Source: Acidobacteriota bacterium
GTDB lineage: Bacteria > Acidobacteriota > JAQAZP01
Length of the DNA stretch: 64,000 nucleotides
Assembly (NCBI GenBank): GCA_032127265.1
Contig: JAQAZP010000279.1
Span: 1,272-65,271, forward strand
Direction: 5' to 3'
Below, piece by piece: positions 43,264-53,721 of the stretch; the stretch's first letter is position 1, and the number at the start of each line of letters is the position of its first letter. Under the pieces are notes generated by a model. That model saw only the letters and a program-made list of their open reading frames with translations. It had not been told where the DNA came from and ran no database searches. A program made the position numbers and the translations under genes.

Positions 43264-46200
43264 ATGAACGCTTCGGACAGTACGCTCAGCGACCTGGTTA
43301 CCCGGGCAAAAGAAGACCACATCATCCCCAGGGGTGAACTGCGGCAGATGATGGACAACCTGCCGGTGGGTCTCTACTGGAACCTGCCCGGAGGCAAGGG
43401 CACCTTCCTCTACGTCAACCAGACCCTGGTGGACATGTTCGGCTATGCCTCCCGCGAAGAGTTCATGAACATCGCCGCCGTGGACCTCTACCACGACCCG
43501 GGCGACCGGGAGGAGTTCTCGCGGCGTTTGATGGATGACCGCAAGCTGCAGGGCATCGAACTGAAGCTGAAGAAAAAGGACGGGACGCTGATCTGGTGCC
43601 GGGAGAGTTGCCACGCCGTCCATGACGCCGAAGGAAACGTGTTCTGCTTCCACGGCGTAATCGAGGATATCAGCGACTACAAGCGTCGTGAGGACCAGCT
43701 CCGGGGGGTTAACCGGCTGGCCACCCAGATTTCGGGGACCATGGGCATCGACAACCTGCTGCGCACCCTGGTCGGCCAGGCCCGCCGGCTGGTGGACGCC
43801 GACCTGGGCATGGTGGCCCGGGTGGACGAGGAGGGACGGCGGATCAGCGCCATCTACACCTCCAACTTCCCCGCGGAGAATCTTCCCCTTGAGACCGAGG
43901 TTCCCCGTTCCGGCGCCATCCACCAGCTGGCCAGAGGAAACGAGCTGTTCACCGACAACCTGCAGCACAAATTCAAGGACGGGATCCTCGCCTCCTGGTG
44001 CCCGGCCCTGCGCGCCTGTATCGGCGTTCCGGTGAGCTTCCAGGGCCGGCTGCTGGCCCTGATCCTTGTGGGACGCACCAGCGCGGGGCACACCTTCACC
44101 GCCGAAGACCTGGAAATCATCCGCACCATGGCCAGCCTGGCCGCCATCTCCATCCACTCCGCCGACCAGTTCGCCAGCCTGGTGAGGGCCGACGCCTTCA
44201 ACCGCAAGATCCTCGAGACGGCCACCACCGCCGTATTCACCGTGGATACGGAGCGGCAGATCACCAGCGTCAACGATGCGTTCTGTCAGATCACCGGCCT
44301 GCGCTCCGAAGAGGCTATCGGCAAGCATTGTTCAGTGCTGGCCACCAGCACCTGTGAATCCGGCTGCACCCTCTTTGACCGCGGGGGCGGAGCACCTCAA
44401 CTGCACCTGGAATGCCAGATCTCCGGACGTGACGGCGGGCGGCTGAGCATCATCAGGAATGCCGCCCTGCTCAAGGACGAGAAGGGGAAACCCATGGGCG
44501 GCGTGGAGTCGTTCATCGACATCAGCGAACTGATTGCACAGCGCCGGTCGGCCGAAGCGGCCAGCACGGCCAAGAGCAGCTTCCTGGCCAACATGTCCCA
44601 CGAGATCCGCACCCCGTTAAACGGCATCATGGGCATGATCGAACTGGCCCTGACCACCGAAATGACCGGCGAGCAGCAGGACTACCTGACCACGGTCAAG
44701 ACCTGTGCCGATTCGCTGCTCTCCCTGATCAACGACGTGCTCGACCTGTCGAAGATCGAGGCCGGCAAACTGGATCTGGAACAGATCAACTTCGGGCTGC
44801 GCGAACTGGTGGACGGGGTTCTCGATGTGATGACCCACCCGGCGGCAAGCAAGTCGCTGGAACTGATCGGCCATGTGGACAGTTCGGTACCCCACCAGGT
44901 GGAAGGCGATCCCACGAGGCTGCGCCAGATCCTGATCAACCTGGTGGGCAACGCGATCAAGTTCACCGAAACGGGTGAAGTGCTGTTGAAGATCGACACC
45001 GAGTCCTCAGGGGATGGCGAAGCGGAGAAAATCCGGTTCCTCGTCTCGGACACCGGCATGGGGATCCCGGAAGATAAAGTGGCCGCCATCTTCGACTCTT
45101 TCACCCAGGCCGACGACTCCACCACCCGAAACTTCGGCGGCACAGGACTGGGGCTCACCATTTCGCGGGAGCTGGTGGAGGCGATGGACGGCACCCTGGG
45201 CCTGGAGACCGCTTCGGGCAAGGGGAGCTCCTTCTTCTTCACCCTGCCGATGAAGACGGTGCAGATGGCCCAGCCCGAGGCCGGCGCCCCGGTCATTTTG
45301 AACCTCGAGGGGACCAGGGTGCTGGTAGTGGACGACAACAGCAACAACCGCCTGATCCTGCGCCAGGAACTGGGGCAACTGGGCTGTATCGTGTCGGAGA
45401 GCGACAGCGGCCCGCAGGCCATCGAGATGATCGCACGGTCGGAGGGCGCCACACCCTACGACCTGGTGATCCTCGACCTCAAACTTCCCGGCCTGGACGG
45501 CTTTGCCACCGCTGAACAGATCAGGACCTCCAACCTGCATCAGCAGCCGCGGCTGCTGTTGATGACCGCTCTGGGCGTACGGGGCGACGCCACCCGCTGC
45601 CGGGATATCGGCATCGACGGCTACTTCGTAAAACCGATCAAGCGGTCTCTGCTGCTGGGAGCGATCAACCGCGTGATGGCCCCGCTGTCCGAGGACAGCA
45701 AGGCCGCTGGCCAGAGTCCACAGTTGGTGACCCGTTACAGCCTGAATGAAGCTGATGCTTCCTCCTCGAACACCATCCTCCTGGCCGAGGATCATCCGGT
45801 GAACACCATGCTGGCGGTGAAACTGCTCCAGGACGCCGGATTCGCGGTGCTGACCGCGGGCAACGGTCTGGAGGCGCTGCAGCATCTGGAGACCGAGCAG
45901 GTGGACCTGGTGCTGATGGACATTCAGATGCCGGAGATGGACGGGTTGGAAGCAACAAGAAGAATCCGGGAGCAGAAAAAGTTCACCGATCTGCCGATCA
46001 TCGCCATGACCGCCCACGCCATGGCCGGCGACCGCTCGAGGTGCCTCGAGGCAGGGATGAACGACTACATCAGCAAACCGGTCCGCCAGGACCTGCTGAT
46101 CAGTCTGATATCCCGCTGGCTGGGGCACGGCAGCGGCAGAAAGAACGACTATCACGCTGCCACAACCTCGGGATCCCACGACCGGAAGAACCAGCCCACC

Positions 46201-46572
46201 ATACCGCCGGGCAGCGCCAGGGAGGTTCCCATCGACCTGAAAAAAGCCCTGGCCCTGGTTTCCGGCGATCGGGGGTTCCTGGTGGAACTGCTGCGCGAGT
46301 ATCTTGACGACATCCCCAAGCGTCTGGAGAAGATGGGACAGGCCATCGAGACGTCCGACAGCGACACGGTCCAGCGCACGGCACACAGCATCAAGGGCGC
46401 CTCGACCAGCCTGGGCACGGAACAGATCGGCTCACTGGCCCTGCACCTCGAGGCCCGGGCCGCCTCCGGAAACCTGGACGAGGCGCCGGACCTGCACCGG
46501 CAGATCATGGACCGCTTCATCGGCCTGGAGGTTTTTCTCAAGGTCGAATTCCCCGAGCTGGCGGAGGCCTGA
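43264..46572 (+). CDS. Hybrid sensor histidine kinase / response regulator (PAS-GAF-PAS-HisKA-HATPase-REC-REC-HPt)
   Basis: HisKA H-box [11 protein letters not shown]. HATPase N/G boxes (LVGNAIKFT; DTGMGI; GGTGLGL). Two receiver domains with phospho-acceptor Asp ([12 protein letters not shown]; [12 protein letters not shown]). C-terminal HPt with HSIKGAS. Confidence 0.85.
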   Translation: MNASDSTLSDLVTRAKEDHIIPRGELRQMMDNLPVGLYWNLPGGKGTFLYVNQTLVDMFGYASREEFMNIAAVDLYHDPGDREEFSRRLMDDRKLQGIELKLKKKDGTLIWCRESCHAVHDAEGNVFCFHGVIEDISDYKRREDQLRGVNRLATQISGTMGIDNLLRTLVGQARRLVDADLGMVARVDEEGRRISAIYTSNFPAENLPLETEVPRSGAIHQLARGNELFTDNLQHKFKDGILASWCPALRACIGVPVSFQGRLLALILVGRTSAGHTFTAEDLEIIRTMASLAAISIHSADQFASLVRADAFNRKILETATTAVFTVDTERQITSVNDAFCQITGLRSEEAIGKHCSVLATSTCESGCTLFDRGGGAPQLHLECQISGRDGGRLSIIRNAALLKDEKGKPMGGVESFIDISELIAQRRSAEAASTAKSSFLANMSHEIRTPLNGIMGMIELALTTEMTGEQQDYLTTVKTCADSLLSLINDVLDLSKIEAGKLDLEQINFGLRELVDGVLDVMTHPAASKSLELIGHVDSSVPHQVEGDPTRLRQILINLVGNAIKFTETGEVLLKIDTESSGDGEAEKIRFLVSDTGMGIPEDKVAAIFDSFTQADDSTTRNFGGTGLGLTISRELVEAMDGTLGLETASGKGSSFFFTLPMKTVQMAQPEAGAPVILNLEGTRVLVVDDNSNNRLILRQELGQLGCIVSESDSGPQAIEMIARSEGATPYDLVILDLKLPGLDGFATAEQIRTSNLHQQPRLLLMTALGVRGDATRCRDIGIDGYFVKPIKRSLLLGAINRVMAPLSEDSKAAGQSPQLVTRYSLNEADASSSNTILLAEDHPVNTMLAVKLLQDAGFAVLTAGNGLEALQHLETEQVDLVLMDIQMPEMDGLEATRRIREQKKFTDLPIIAMTAHAMAGDRSRCLEAGMNDYISKPVRQDLLISLISRWLGHGSGRKNDYHAATTSGSHDRKNQPTIPPGSAREVPIDLKKALALVSGDRGFLVELLREYLDDIPKRLEKMGQAIETSDSDTVQRTAHSIKGASTSLGTEQIGSLALHLEARAASGNLDEAPDLHRQIMDRFIGLEVFLKVEFPELAEA

Positions 46573-46723
46573 CCGCCGCTTCCCGGCCCTTCCCGGCCCC
46601 CCCCCTTTCCCCGGTTGCCCTTTCGTTGACAACTTTCGACCCCTCACCCTATAGTGAGTGCTCCGTTTTCCCGCCCCGCGGGAGTGTTCGAATCGCCGCC
46701 GATGCAGTGGAAGGGGGCCGGTA

Positions 46724-47992
46724 ATGAGCTCAAATCAAGACACAAACGACACCCCGGGGACGATCAGCCCTGACCAGGCCAACAGCCTCTGGCAGCGCCT
46801 GCTCGGCGGCCACCGCGAGGAGATAAAACCGGAGCACAACATCTGGGCGCACTTTCTGCCCGAAGGGTGCCGGCGCTGCCTGCTGGGTGGCCGGCTTTGC
46901 CTCACCATCGGCGAAAAGTGCCACAAGGACTGTTTCTACTGTTCGAACCCCATGGGTACCGACCTGACCCGGGCCGACGAGTTCACCATCAACAGCGACG
47001 AGGACCTGTTCCGGCTGATCCGCTTCAGTGATCCGGACGCGGTTTGCCTCACCGGCGGTGAGCCGACGCTGTACATGGACCGGGCCGAGCACTACGCCCG
47101 GCTGCTCCGCGAGGAATGCGGCCCGGATTTCCACATCCAGTTCTTCACCGCCAACGCCGACATGACCGAGGACCAGATGACCCGGATGCACGGGGCCGGG
47201 GTGGACGAGATCCGCTGCCACCTCGCCTCGTACAAGGAAGCTCGCCTGGTGGAGCGGGCCAGGGGGTATGACTGGACGGTGGCGGTGGAGATCCCCAGCC
47301 TGCCCATCGCCGACATCACCGACCGGATCGTGGACAAGGCCATCGAGCTGGGCGCCGAATTCGTCAATCTGCACGAGCTGCTCTATTTCGACCACGAGGA
47401 TTTCCAGCGGGTGGCCAAACGGACCGACCTCCAGCCTGGGGAGCCGCTGAGCCGCAAGATCCCCTACCCGACGGCACCGGAAAAGGTGTTCGGGACCGAC
47501 ATCCCGGCCCGCTTCGGCACCACTCTGCGCCCCACCCTGGGCAGCAAGGAAAAAGCCCAGGCCATGATGCGCAAGACCCTGGAGACCCCGGGGAGTAAAA
47601 CCGCGGTTCACTTCTGCAGCATGGCCAGCAAGTATCTGACCCAGATCCCCAACCGGCTGGCCCGCAAGGCGCGCCGCCTCAGGCGCCCTTACGAGGACGT
47701 CTCCCCTGACGGCACCCTGGTCTCGGCCATCATCCGCACCCCGGACGAGCAGACACTGGCCCTGGTCAAGGAACGACTGGCCACCCTGTTCCAGGTGGAG
47801 GGCGACAAGGTGCAGCAGGGGGACAACCTGCTGATGGTCCCTTGGACGGTGGCGCTGAAAAAAAGGCGCCTCGGCGATCTGGCCCAGCGGATGGAAATCA
47901 GCCTCTACGAACGATACCCGGTTCCCGGTGACGCGAAGATGAGTGACGACGGGATGTATATCATCTTCGCCCCCGGCCCCAACGCGGAGTGA
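46724..47992 (+). CDS. Radical SAM domain protein with additional N-terminal Cys cluster, function unknown
   Basis: CxxxCxxC in CHKDCFYCSNP, preceded by CRRCLLGGRLC. A glycine-rich LTGGEPTLY SAM-binding motif is present. Confidence 0.6.
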   Translation: MSSNQDTNDTPGTISPDQANSLWQRLLGGHREEIKPEHNIWAHFLPEGCRRCLLGGRLCLTIGEKCHKDCFYCSNPMGTDLTRADEFTINSDEDLFRLIRFSDPDAVCLTGGEPTLYMDRAEHYARLLREECGPDFHIQFFTANADMTEDQMTRMHGAGVDEIRCHLASYKEARLVERARGYDWTVAVEIPSLPIADITDRIVDKAIELGAEFVNLHELLYFDHEDFQRVAKRTDLQPGEPLSRKIPYPTAPEKVFGTDIPARFGTTLRPTLGSKEKAQAMMRKTLETPGSKTAVHFCSMASKYLTQIPNRLARKARRLRRPYEDVSPDGTLVSAIIRTPDEQTLALVKERLATLFQVEGDKVQQGDNLLMVPWTVALKKRRLGDLAQRMEISLYERYPVPGDAKMSDDGMYIIFAPGPNAE

Positions 47993-47995
47993 TCA

Positions 47996-50095
47996 ATGAA
48001 GAGTGAGACGATTTCCCTGGCCGGCACTGAAATTACCGTGGAAACTGGCGCCATCGCCCGGCAGGCCGACGCCGCGGTGATCGTGCGCCAGGGGGAAACC
48101 ATGATCCTGGCCACGGTGGTGGGGGCCCGCACCGCCCGCGAGGGGATCGATTTCTTCCCCCTCACCGTGGACTACCGCGAAGGCAAGTGGGCCGCGGGCA
48201 GGTTCCCCGGTGGTTTCCTCAAGCGGGAAGCCCGGTCCACCGACCACGAGGTCCTGACCTGCCGGCTGGCCGACCGCTCGATCCGCCCCCTCTTCCCCGA
48301 CGGCTACCGCAATGAAACCCAGGTCATCGTCACCACCCTGAGCTGCGCCCCGGACATCGATCCCTCGGTGCTGACCCTGATCGGAGTGCCCCTGGCCCTG
48401 CACATCTCGGACATCCCCTGGAACGGCCCGGCCGCCGGAATCCGGGTGGCCCGGGTGGACGGCAACCTGGTGGTCAACCCGCTGCAGAGCCAGCGGGCGC
48501 GGGCCGACCTGGAACTGGTGGTCACTTCCGGACCCGAAGGGCTCTCCATGGTGGAAGGTGAGGCCCGTGAGGTCCCCGAGGCGGAAGTGGCCCAGGCGCT
48601 CTTCTTCGCCCAGGACGCGGTGGCCCCGGCCCTGGAGCTGATGAACCGCTGGCGCGAGGAGTTGGGGCGGGAGAAGCGGGTCTTTGAGCGGCCGGCCGTG
48701 AACCAGGAACTGGCCGACGAACTGGAGAAGCTGGCCGCGGCCCGGCTCAGGGAAGCGGTCTGCACACCGGTGAAGCAGGAGCGGGGTCGGGCCGTGGAGC
48801 AGGTGCGCGAGGAGACGCTGGCCGCCCTCTGCCCCGACAACGACCCGCAACGCACCGCCGAGGCGGCCTCACTGTTCAGCGAGTTGCACCACCGGGTGGT
48901 GCGCCGGATGATCGCCCGGGAGGGCGTGCGGATCGACGGCAGACAGCTGGACCAGGTGCGGCCGATCAGCTGCCGGGTGGGCTGGCTGCCGCGGACCCAC
49001 GGCTCGGCCGTCTTCACCCGCGGCGAGACCCAGGCCCTGGTCATCGCCACCCTGGGCACCACCAGGGACCGGCAAGTGGTTGAGACGCTGTTCGGCGAGG
49101 AGCACCACAGTTTTCTGCTGCACTACAATTTTCCGCCGTACAGCGTGGGCGAGACCCGTCCGATCCGCGGGCCGGGACGGCGGGAGATCGGCCACGGCAA
49201 CCTGGCCCGCCGGGCGCTCCAACCGGTGTTGCCCGACGAAGACAGCTTCCCCTATGCCATCCGCGTGGTCTCCGAGATCAGCGAATCCAACGGCTCATCC
49301 TCCATGGCCTCGGTCTGCGGCGGCTGCCTGGCCCTGATGGACGCCGGAGTGCCGATCTCCAGTCCGGTGGCCGGCATCGCTATGGGACTGATCCAGGAGG
49401 ATGGCGAAATCCACGTGCTCACCGACATCCTCGGTGACGAGGACCACCTGGGCGACATGGACTTCAAGGTCACCGGCACCGAGGCCGGGGTCACCGCCCT
49501 GCAGATGGACAACAAGGTGGGCGGTCTGGACCGGACGATTCTGGACAAGGCGCTGACCCAGGCCCGCACCGCCCGGCTGCACATCCTGGCCGAGATGGCC
49601 AAGGCGCTGGCCGGCCCGCGGGAGCAGCTCTCGGACAACGCCCCGCGGGTGATGTCCCACCGGATCAACCCCGCGCGGATCAGGGACCTGATCGGCAAGG
49701 GGGGCAAGACGATTCAGGAGATCCAGGAGACCTACAAGGCCAAGATCGACATCTCCGACGACGGCCTGGTCCGGCTCTACGCCGCGGACGGCGTCCTGGG
49801 CAGCCAGGCCATGGCCAAGATCCGCCGGATCACCAACGACCCGGAGGTGGGCAAGGTCTACCGCGGCGAGGTGGTCTCGGTGAAGGATTTCGGCGCCTTT
49901 GTCAAAATCATGGACGGCACCGAGGGGCTGGTCCACATCTCCGAGCTGGACAAAGACCGGGTGGACCGTGCTTCCGATGTGGTTCACGAGGGGGAGAAAA
50001 TCCTGGTGCGGGTGCTGGGCGTGGACGACCGGGGCAAGCTGAAGCTCTCCCGCCGCGATGCCCTGGGGGTCAGCGAGGCCGAGGTAGAGGATTAG
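47996..50095 (+). CDS. pnp: Polyribonucleotide nucleotidyltransferase (PNPase)
   Basis: 699 aa. Two RNase PH-like domains (FFPLTVDYREGKWAAGRFPGGF; second core with GSSSMASVCGG). KH domain (GKGGKTIQEI) and C-terminal S1 domain (VYRGEVVSVKDFGAFV). Confidence 0.9.
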   Translation: MKSETISLAGTEITVETGAIARQADAAVIVRQGETMILATVVGARTAREGIDFFPLTVDYREGKWAAGRFPGGFLKREARSTDHEVLTCRLADRSIRPLFPDGYRNETQVIVTTLSCAPDIDPSVLTLIGVPLALHISDIPWNGPAAGIRVARVDGNLVVNPLQSQRARADLELVVTSGPEGLSMVEGEAREVPEAEVAQALFFAQDAVAPALELMNRWREELGREKRVFERPAVNQELADELEKLAAARLREAVCTPVKQERGRAVEQVREETLAALCPDNDPQRTAEAASLFSELHHRVVRRMIAREGVRIDGRQLDQVRPISCRVGWLPRTHGSAVFTRGETQALVIATLGTTRDRQVVETLFGEEHHSFLLHYNFPPYSVGETRPIRGPGRREIGHGNLARRALQPVLPDEDSFPYAIRVVSEISESNGSSSMASVCGGCLALMDAGVPISSPVAGIAMGLIQEDGEIHVLTDILGDEDHLGDMDFKVTGTEAGVTALQMDNKVGGLDRTILDKALTQARTARLHILAEMAKALAGPREQLSDNAPRVMSHRINPARIRDLIGKGGKTIQEIQETYKAKIDISDDGLVRLYAADGVLGSQAMAKIRRITNDPEVGKVYRGEVVSVKDFGAFVKIMDGTEGLVHISELDKDRVDRASDVVHEGEKILVRVLGVDDRGKLKLSRRDALGVSEAEVED

Positions 50096-50117
50096 CCATT
50101 GGACCTCAGACGGGGTT

Positions 50118-50600
50118 TTATCGGTTCCAGAATCGGACGATTTCGTTGTCCAGTTCCGCGATCTCCCTGGCCGCCGTGCCAGGCACCAGCCCCACCCTGC
50201 CGTCTTCCGTCTCGATGATCGCCAGTTCTCCGCGGGTGAGACGGCGGGCGACATCGTCATTGACCTCGAGAAAGGGTACCCGGTTGTTGCGGTTGACGTA
50301 ACAGAAACGCCGCGGGCCGCCGGTTCCGCCCTGGAGCAGGGTTCCGGAGATCAGGGCCGGCAGCCGGTTTTCATTGTTCGCCGCCTCCCGGGCCTTTTGC
50401 CGCTCGGCATCAAGCTCCCGATCTTTCAAGCGTTTCGCCTCGGCCTGGGCCTGGAGCCGTCGCTCTTTCTCCAGCTTCTCTTTTTCCAGCCCTTCCTTGC
50501 CGACTTTGCTCTGGTGCAGACGCTGGTCGTGGGCAGCCTTCTTGCGCTGCTTCTTGTCCACCAGCCTGGCTTTCATCAGTTCTTCCTGCAGCGAGCCCAT
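50118..50600 (-). CDS. Basic coiled-coil protein, possibly DUF2058 family
   Basis: Lys/Arg/Glu-rich N-terminal half, with a C-terminal GLVPGTAAREIAELDNEIVRFW. The family assignment is from memory only. Confidence 0.45.
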   Translation of the reverse strand: MGSLQEELMKARLVDKKQRKKAAHDQRLHQSKVGKEGLEKEKLEKERRLQAQAEAKRLKDRELDAERQKAREAANNENRLPALISGTLLQGGTGGPRRFCYVNRNNRVPFLEVNDDVARRLTRGELAIIETEDGRVGLVPGTAAREIAELDNEIVRFWNR

Positions 50601-50681
50601 GGCCCCCGGTCCTCCTCGAGAAATCGTTATTGCTCCACCACGACAATATAACGCAGCCCGGTGTCGCGGACAATGGCAGGG

Positions 50682-50770
50682 ACGGCGGGGACGTACATGA
50701 ATTTATGACTTTTTCGCATTGAGTTCCAACCACCCGCAGCCGGGCCGAAAAAGTCATACATTCATGTACG
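50682..50770. repeat. 30-bp imperfect inverted repeats (1 mismatch) flanking a 29-bp spacer; MITE- or REP-like intergenic element
   Basis: Left arm ggggacgtacatgaatttatgactttttcg (50682-50711). Right arm cgaaaaagtcatacattcatgtacgtcccc (50741-50770). Confidence 0.75.
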
Positions 50771-50938
50771 TCCCCAAAACACTTCCCCCCGTTAGCGGGC
50801 AGGCATCAAGTATCTGTTGATCCCATACTGGGCCAGAAAATGATGCTAACGAAGTGGCTATCATCAGTTAACGTATTTTTTATCAGGCCATTAGAATCAT
50901 TCACATGAAGCCGAATAAACTAGCTGTTGATTTTTCCC

Positions 50939-50967
50939 TTGACACGGACGTCCCGAAAACATATAGT
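50939..50967 (+). promoter_or_regulatory. Consensus-like sigma-70 promoter TTGACA-N17-TATAGT
   Basis: Exact TTGACA, a 17-nt spacer (cggacgtcccgaaaaca), then TATAGT. It lies in an AT-rich island ~65 nt upstream of the 51034 gene, which has a GAAAGAG RBS. Confidence 0.5.
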
Positions 50968-51033
50968 AAATTCAGACCGAATGCTCGACCATGGTCCTCG
51001 TGTATCGAATACACACCAATTGCGAAAGAGTAC

Positions 51034-51714
51034 ATGAAACCAACCAGGCTCAATTTGATTTTATTGATCGTCGTCTGCACTGCGGCTGTTTTCGTCACCG
51101 CACCGTCCGTGGCCGACTCCATTGTCGATGATTCCGGGACGACCTGGACGGTGGTGCGGGACTTCAACAAGACCTCCGGCGGCTGGGATCTGCGACTGAT
51201 CGTCAATGGCGACGACGAGCGCTCCCTCTGGGTCACCGAGGACACCATCCTCGATCAGGACCCGGTGGTCGGTCTCGACCCCCTCTCCGGTAAGCCGGTG
51301 GTCTACTGGTCACGACAGGTGGGAACCGAATTCCGGATCTTCCGCTCGGCATTGGAGCGGGGAGTGTTCAGTGAACCGGCGGCCGTCACTGCCGGAGGAC
51401 TTGGCTTTTCCGACCGGCAGCCGTATGTGCAGTATGACCTTTTCGGTCAATGCCACCTGGTCTGGTACCGCCAGTGGACCGACGGCAGCGGGTTTGCGTT
51501 CTACGCCCGCTGCACCGGGGTTTCCTGGACCAGCGCGGAGCAGATCAGCATTTCTCTCGACAACGTGATCGGCACGGTGACCATCAGCGTCCCTGCGCAT
51601 GAGCACGATTTTCTCAGTGCCACGTACCAGTATTTCAGGTCGTCCACCGGTTCCACGGAAACTCGAGAAGTCTGCCGGGGCGGAGATACCAGTCCCTGGA
51701 GTGTCTGTCACTGA
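51034..51714 (+). CDS. Secreted protein of unknown function
   Basis: Signal peptide MKPTRLNLILLIVVCTAAVFVTAPSVA. The ORF-track upstream extension contains the promoter itself and so cannot be coding. Confidence 0.45.
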   Translation: MKPTRLNLILLIVVCTAAVFVTAPSVADSIVDDSGTTWTVVRDFNKTSGGWDLRLIVNGDDERSLWVTEDTILDQDPVVGLDPLSGKPVVYWSRQVGTEFRIFRSALERGVFSEPAAVTAGGLGFSDRQPYVQYDLFGQCHLVWYRQWTDGSGFAFYARCTGVSWTSAEQISISLDNVIGTVTISVPAHEHDFLSATYQYFRSSTGSTETREVCRGGDTSPWSVCH

Positions 51715-52128
51715 TCGTGGGAGCGAATCGAGGTTCGGAGAGTTACGACTAAAGTTGCATGGGACCCAGGGAACTACGGGGGATTATCCAAGGCAAGGCA
51801 ACCCGGCAATTCCCCTCTGGAATGGCTATCCGGGGTCCTGGGTCCCATACTTTTTGAAATACACTGCTTCAGGTGCGGCGAAGCTGCTGCAACCCGGCTT
51901 CGCCGCACCCCATTCCCCTTGACGTCCAAGTCAAGTGATGGTTCTCTACCAATATAGTCCCTGATCAACTCGCCGTAAAGTATCCGGAGCGCATTCAGCG
52001 CGTTTTTTTGTACCAGTCCAGGTTTCGGGACGCCGGCATCCCCTTGACTCCACGCCGAACCGGCCCGTAAGATGGCCGCCTGTCACGGCCCGGGATCGAG
52101 GTCCCGAAGCCCCAATGGACGGTCAGTT

Positions 52129-52815
52129 ATGGCGCATCCCGAACCATACATCACCCCGCAGACCCTGGAGGCCCGCGCCGATGCCTGGCACACCGAGCTG
52201 GCCCGGGAGGGGATCGGCCGGGACCCTGATGCGGCCCGGCCCGGCAAGAGCGCCCTGCTGGTGATCGACATGCAGCGGTTCTTCCTGCGGGAGGACTCCC
52301 ACGCCTTCCTCCCGGCCGGCCGCTGCATACTGCCCAATGTGCTGCGGCTGATCAGTGCCTGGCGGAGTGCCGGAGCGCCGGTGATCCTCACCCGCCACGC
52401 CGTGGCCGAGGGCGAGGACCCGGGGGCCATGGCCCGCTGGTGGCACGACTCAGTGCGCGAGGGCACGGAGGACGCACTGCTGGACCCCGAAATAGCCAAC
52501 GCCGCCGCCGGCGCCCCGGTGCTGCGCAAGACACGATACAGCGCTTTTCACGGCACCGGGCTGGAGGAGAGCCTCCGCGAACTGGGCGTGGAGCGGGTGG
52601 TGATCGCCGGGGTGATGACCCACCTCTGCGTGGAGAGTACGGCCCGCGAGGCCTTTATCCGCGATTTCGAGGTGCTGCTGGCCACCGACGCCAGCGCCTC
52701 GGCCAGCGAGGAGCTGCACCTGGGGTCTTTGCGGTCGCTGGGCCATGGCTTCGCCTTTCTTGCCCGGACCGACCAGTTGCTCGATCAACTGAACAGTGGG
52801 GGGCCCAATGATTGA
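52129..52815 (+). CDS. Isochorismatase-family cysteine hydrolase
   Basis: ALLVIDMQ (catalytic Asp), K...R, and VIAGVMTHLCVESTAR (catalytic Cys) motifs. The ATG at 52129 is chosen over the upstream ATG at 52072. Confidence 0.7.
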   Translation: MAHPEPYITPQTLEARADAWHTELAREGIGRDPDAARPGKSALLVIDMQRFFLREDSHAFLPAGRCILPNVLRLISAWRSAGAPVILTRHAVAEGEDPGAMARWWHDSVREGTEDALLDPEIANAAAGAPVLRKTRYSAFHGTGLEESLRELGVERVVIAGVMTHLCVESTAREAFIRDFEVLLATDASASASEELHLGSLRSLGHGFAFLARTDQLLDQLNSGGPND

Positions 52816-53719
52816 CCTGCTGGTGATCGGCGGAGGTCCGGCCGGGGTGGCCGGCGCGGTACATGCCCACCGTGCAGGACTGGAAACACTGCTGGTGGAT
52901 CGTGAACGGGTCGGCGGGCTGATCTGGAACGCCAACCTGGTGGAGAACCACCCCGGGCTGCCGCGGCCCATGGACGGGCCGGCGGTGGCCGCGCTGCTCC
53001 AGGGGCACCTGGATCGCAATGAGGTGCCGCGGTGGTATACGGAGATAACGACGCTGCGCCGCGAGGGCGGCCTCTTTCATGCCCAAGCCGGTTCGGACTG
53101 CATTGCGGCGCGGGCCGTGCTGTTGGCCACCGGGTCACGGCCGAAGCCCCTGATGCTGGAGGGTGCCGATGAGGTTCAGCGGTCGGGGCTGCTGCACTAC
53201 GAGGTGAGCCGCCTGCCGCGGCTCAGCGGATCGAGCACGGTTTTGATCGTGGGCGGCGGTGATGCCGCATTCGACTACGCGCTCAACTGTGCCCGGCAGG
53301 GGGCGCGGGCCACCATCCTGGTCCGGGGGGCGGCCCCGCGGAGTCTGCCGCTGCTCATCGAGCGCGCCGCGGCCATGCCATCCATCGAACTGCTCACCGG
53401 TGTCCAGCCGCTGCGCGTGTTCCAGGACCGCAGCGGCCGTGTCGGCCTGGACTGTCGGCAGGAGGGGGAGGCGGATGAGCGCCGGTTCACTGCCGACCTC
53501 CTGCTCGCCGCGGTGGGCCGCGACCCGGACGCTTCGCTGGCCGAAGGACTCGATCCGCTGTGCCCGGGTTGTTATGATGATGCCCCCGGCGGCAGCCCGG
53601 TGCTCTACCTGGCTGGTGACGCGGCCCACGGGCGTTTCAGGCAGATGTCCATCGCCGCCGGCGAGGGGGTGCTGGCCGTGATGCACGCGGCGGCCAGGTT
53701 GTGCGGCGACAGAGGTTGA
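52808..53719 (+). CDS. FAD/NAD(P)-binding pyridine-nucleotide-disulfide-type oxidoreductase (thioredoxin-reductase-like fold)
   Basis: Dinucleotide motif DLLVIGGGPAG and second motif VLIVGGGDAAFDYA. The start overlaps the upstream stop by 8 bp. Confidence 0.7.
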   Translation: MIDLLVIGGGPAGVAGAVHAHRAGLETLLVDRERVGGLIWNANLVENHPGLPRPMDGPAVAALLQGHLDRNEVPRWYTEITTLRREGGLFHAQAGSDCIAARAVLLATGSRPKPLMLEGADEVQRSGLLHYEVSRLPRLSGSSTVLIVGGGDAAFDYALNCARQGARATILVRGAAPRSLPLLIERAAAMPSIELLTGVQPLRVFQDRSGRVGLDCRQEGEADERRFTADLLLAAVGRDPDASLAEGLDPLCPGCYDDAPGGSPVLYLAGDAAHGRFRQMSIAAGEGVLAVMHAAARLCGDRG

Positions 53720-53721
53720 CC

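Noticed and set aside
40063-44328. 1421-aa minus-strand ORF spanning the matrixin, DEAD-box helicase and histidine kinase genes
   Set aside because: It lies opposite three well-supported plus-strand genes and two promoter/terminator-bearing intergenic regions. Its composition (G/A/V/R-rich) is typical of antisense frames in high-GC DNA.
45007-46386. 459-aa minus-strand ORF within the hybrid histidine kinase region
   Set aside because: It is antisense to clear HisKA, HATPase and REC motifs and is a shadow frame.
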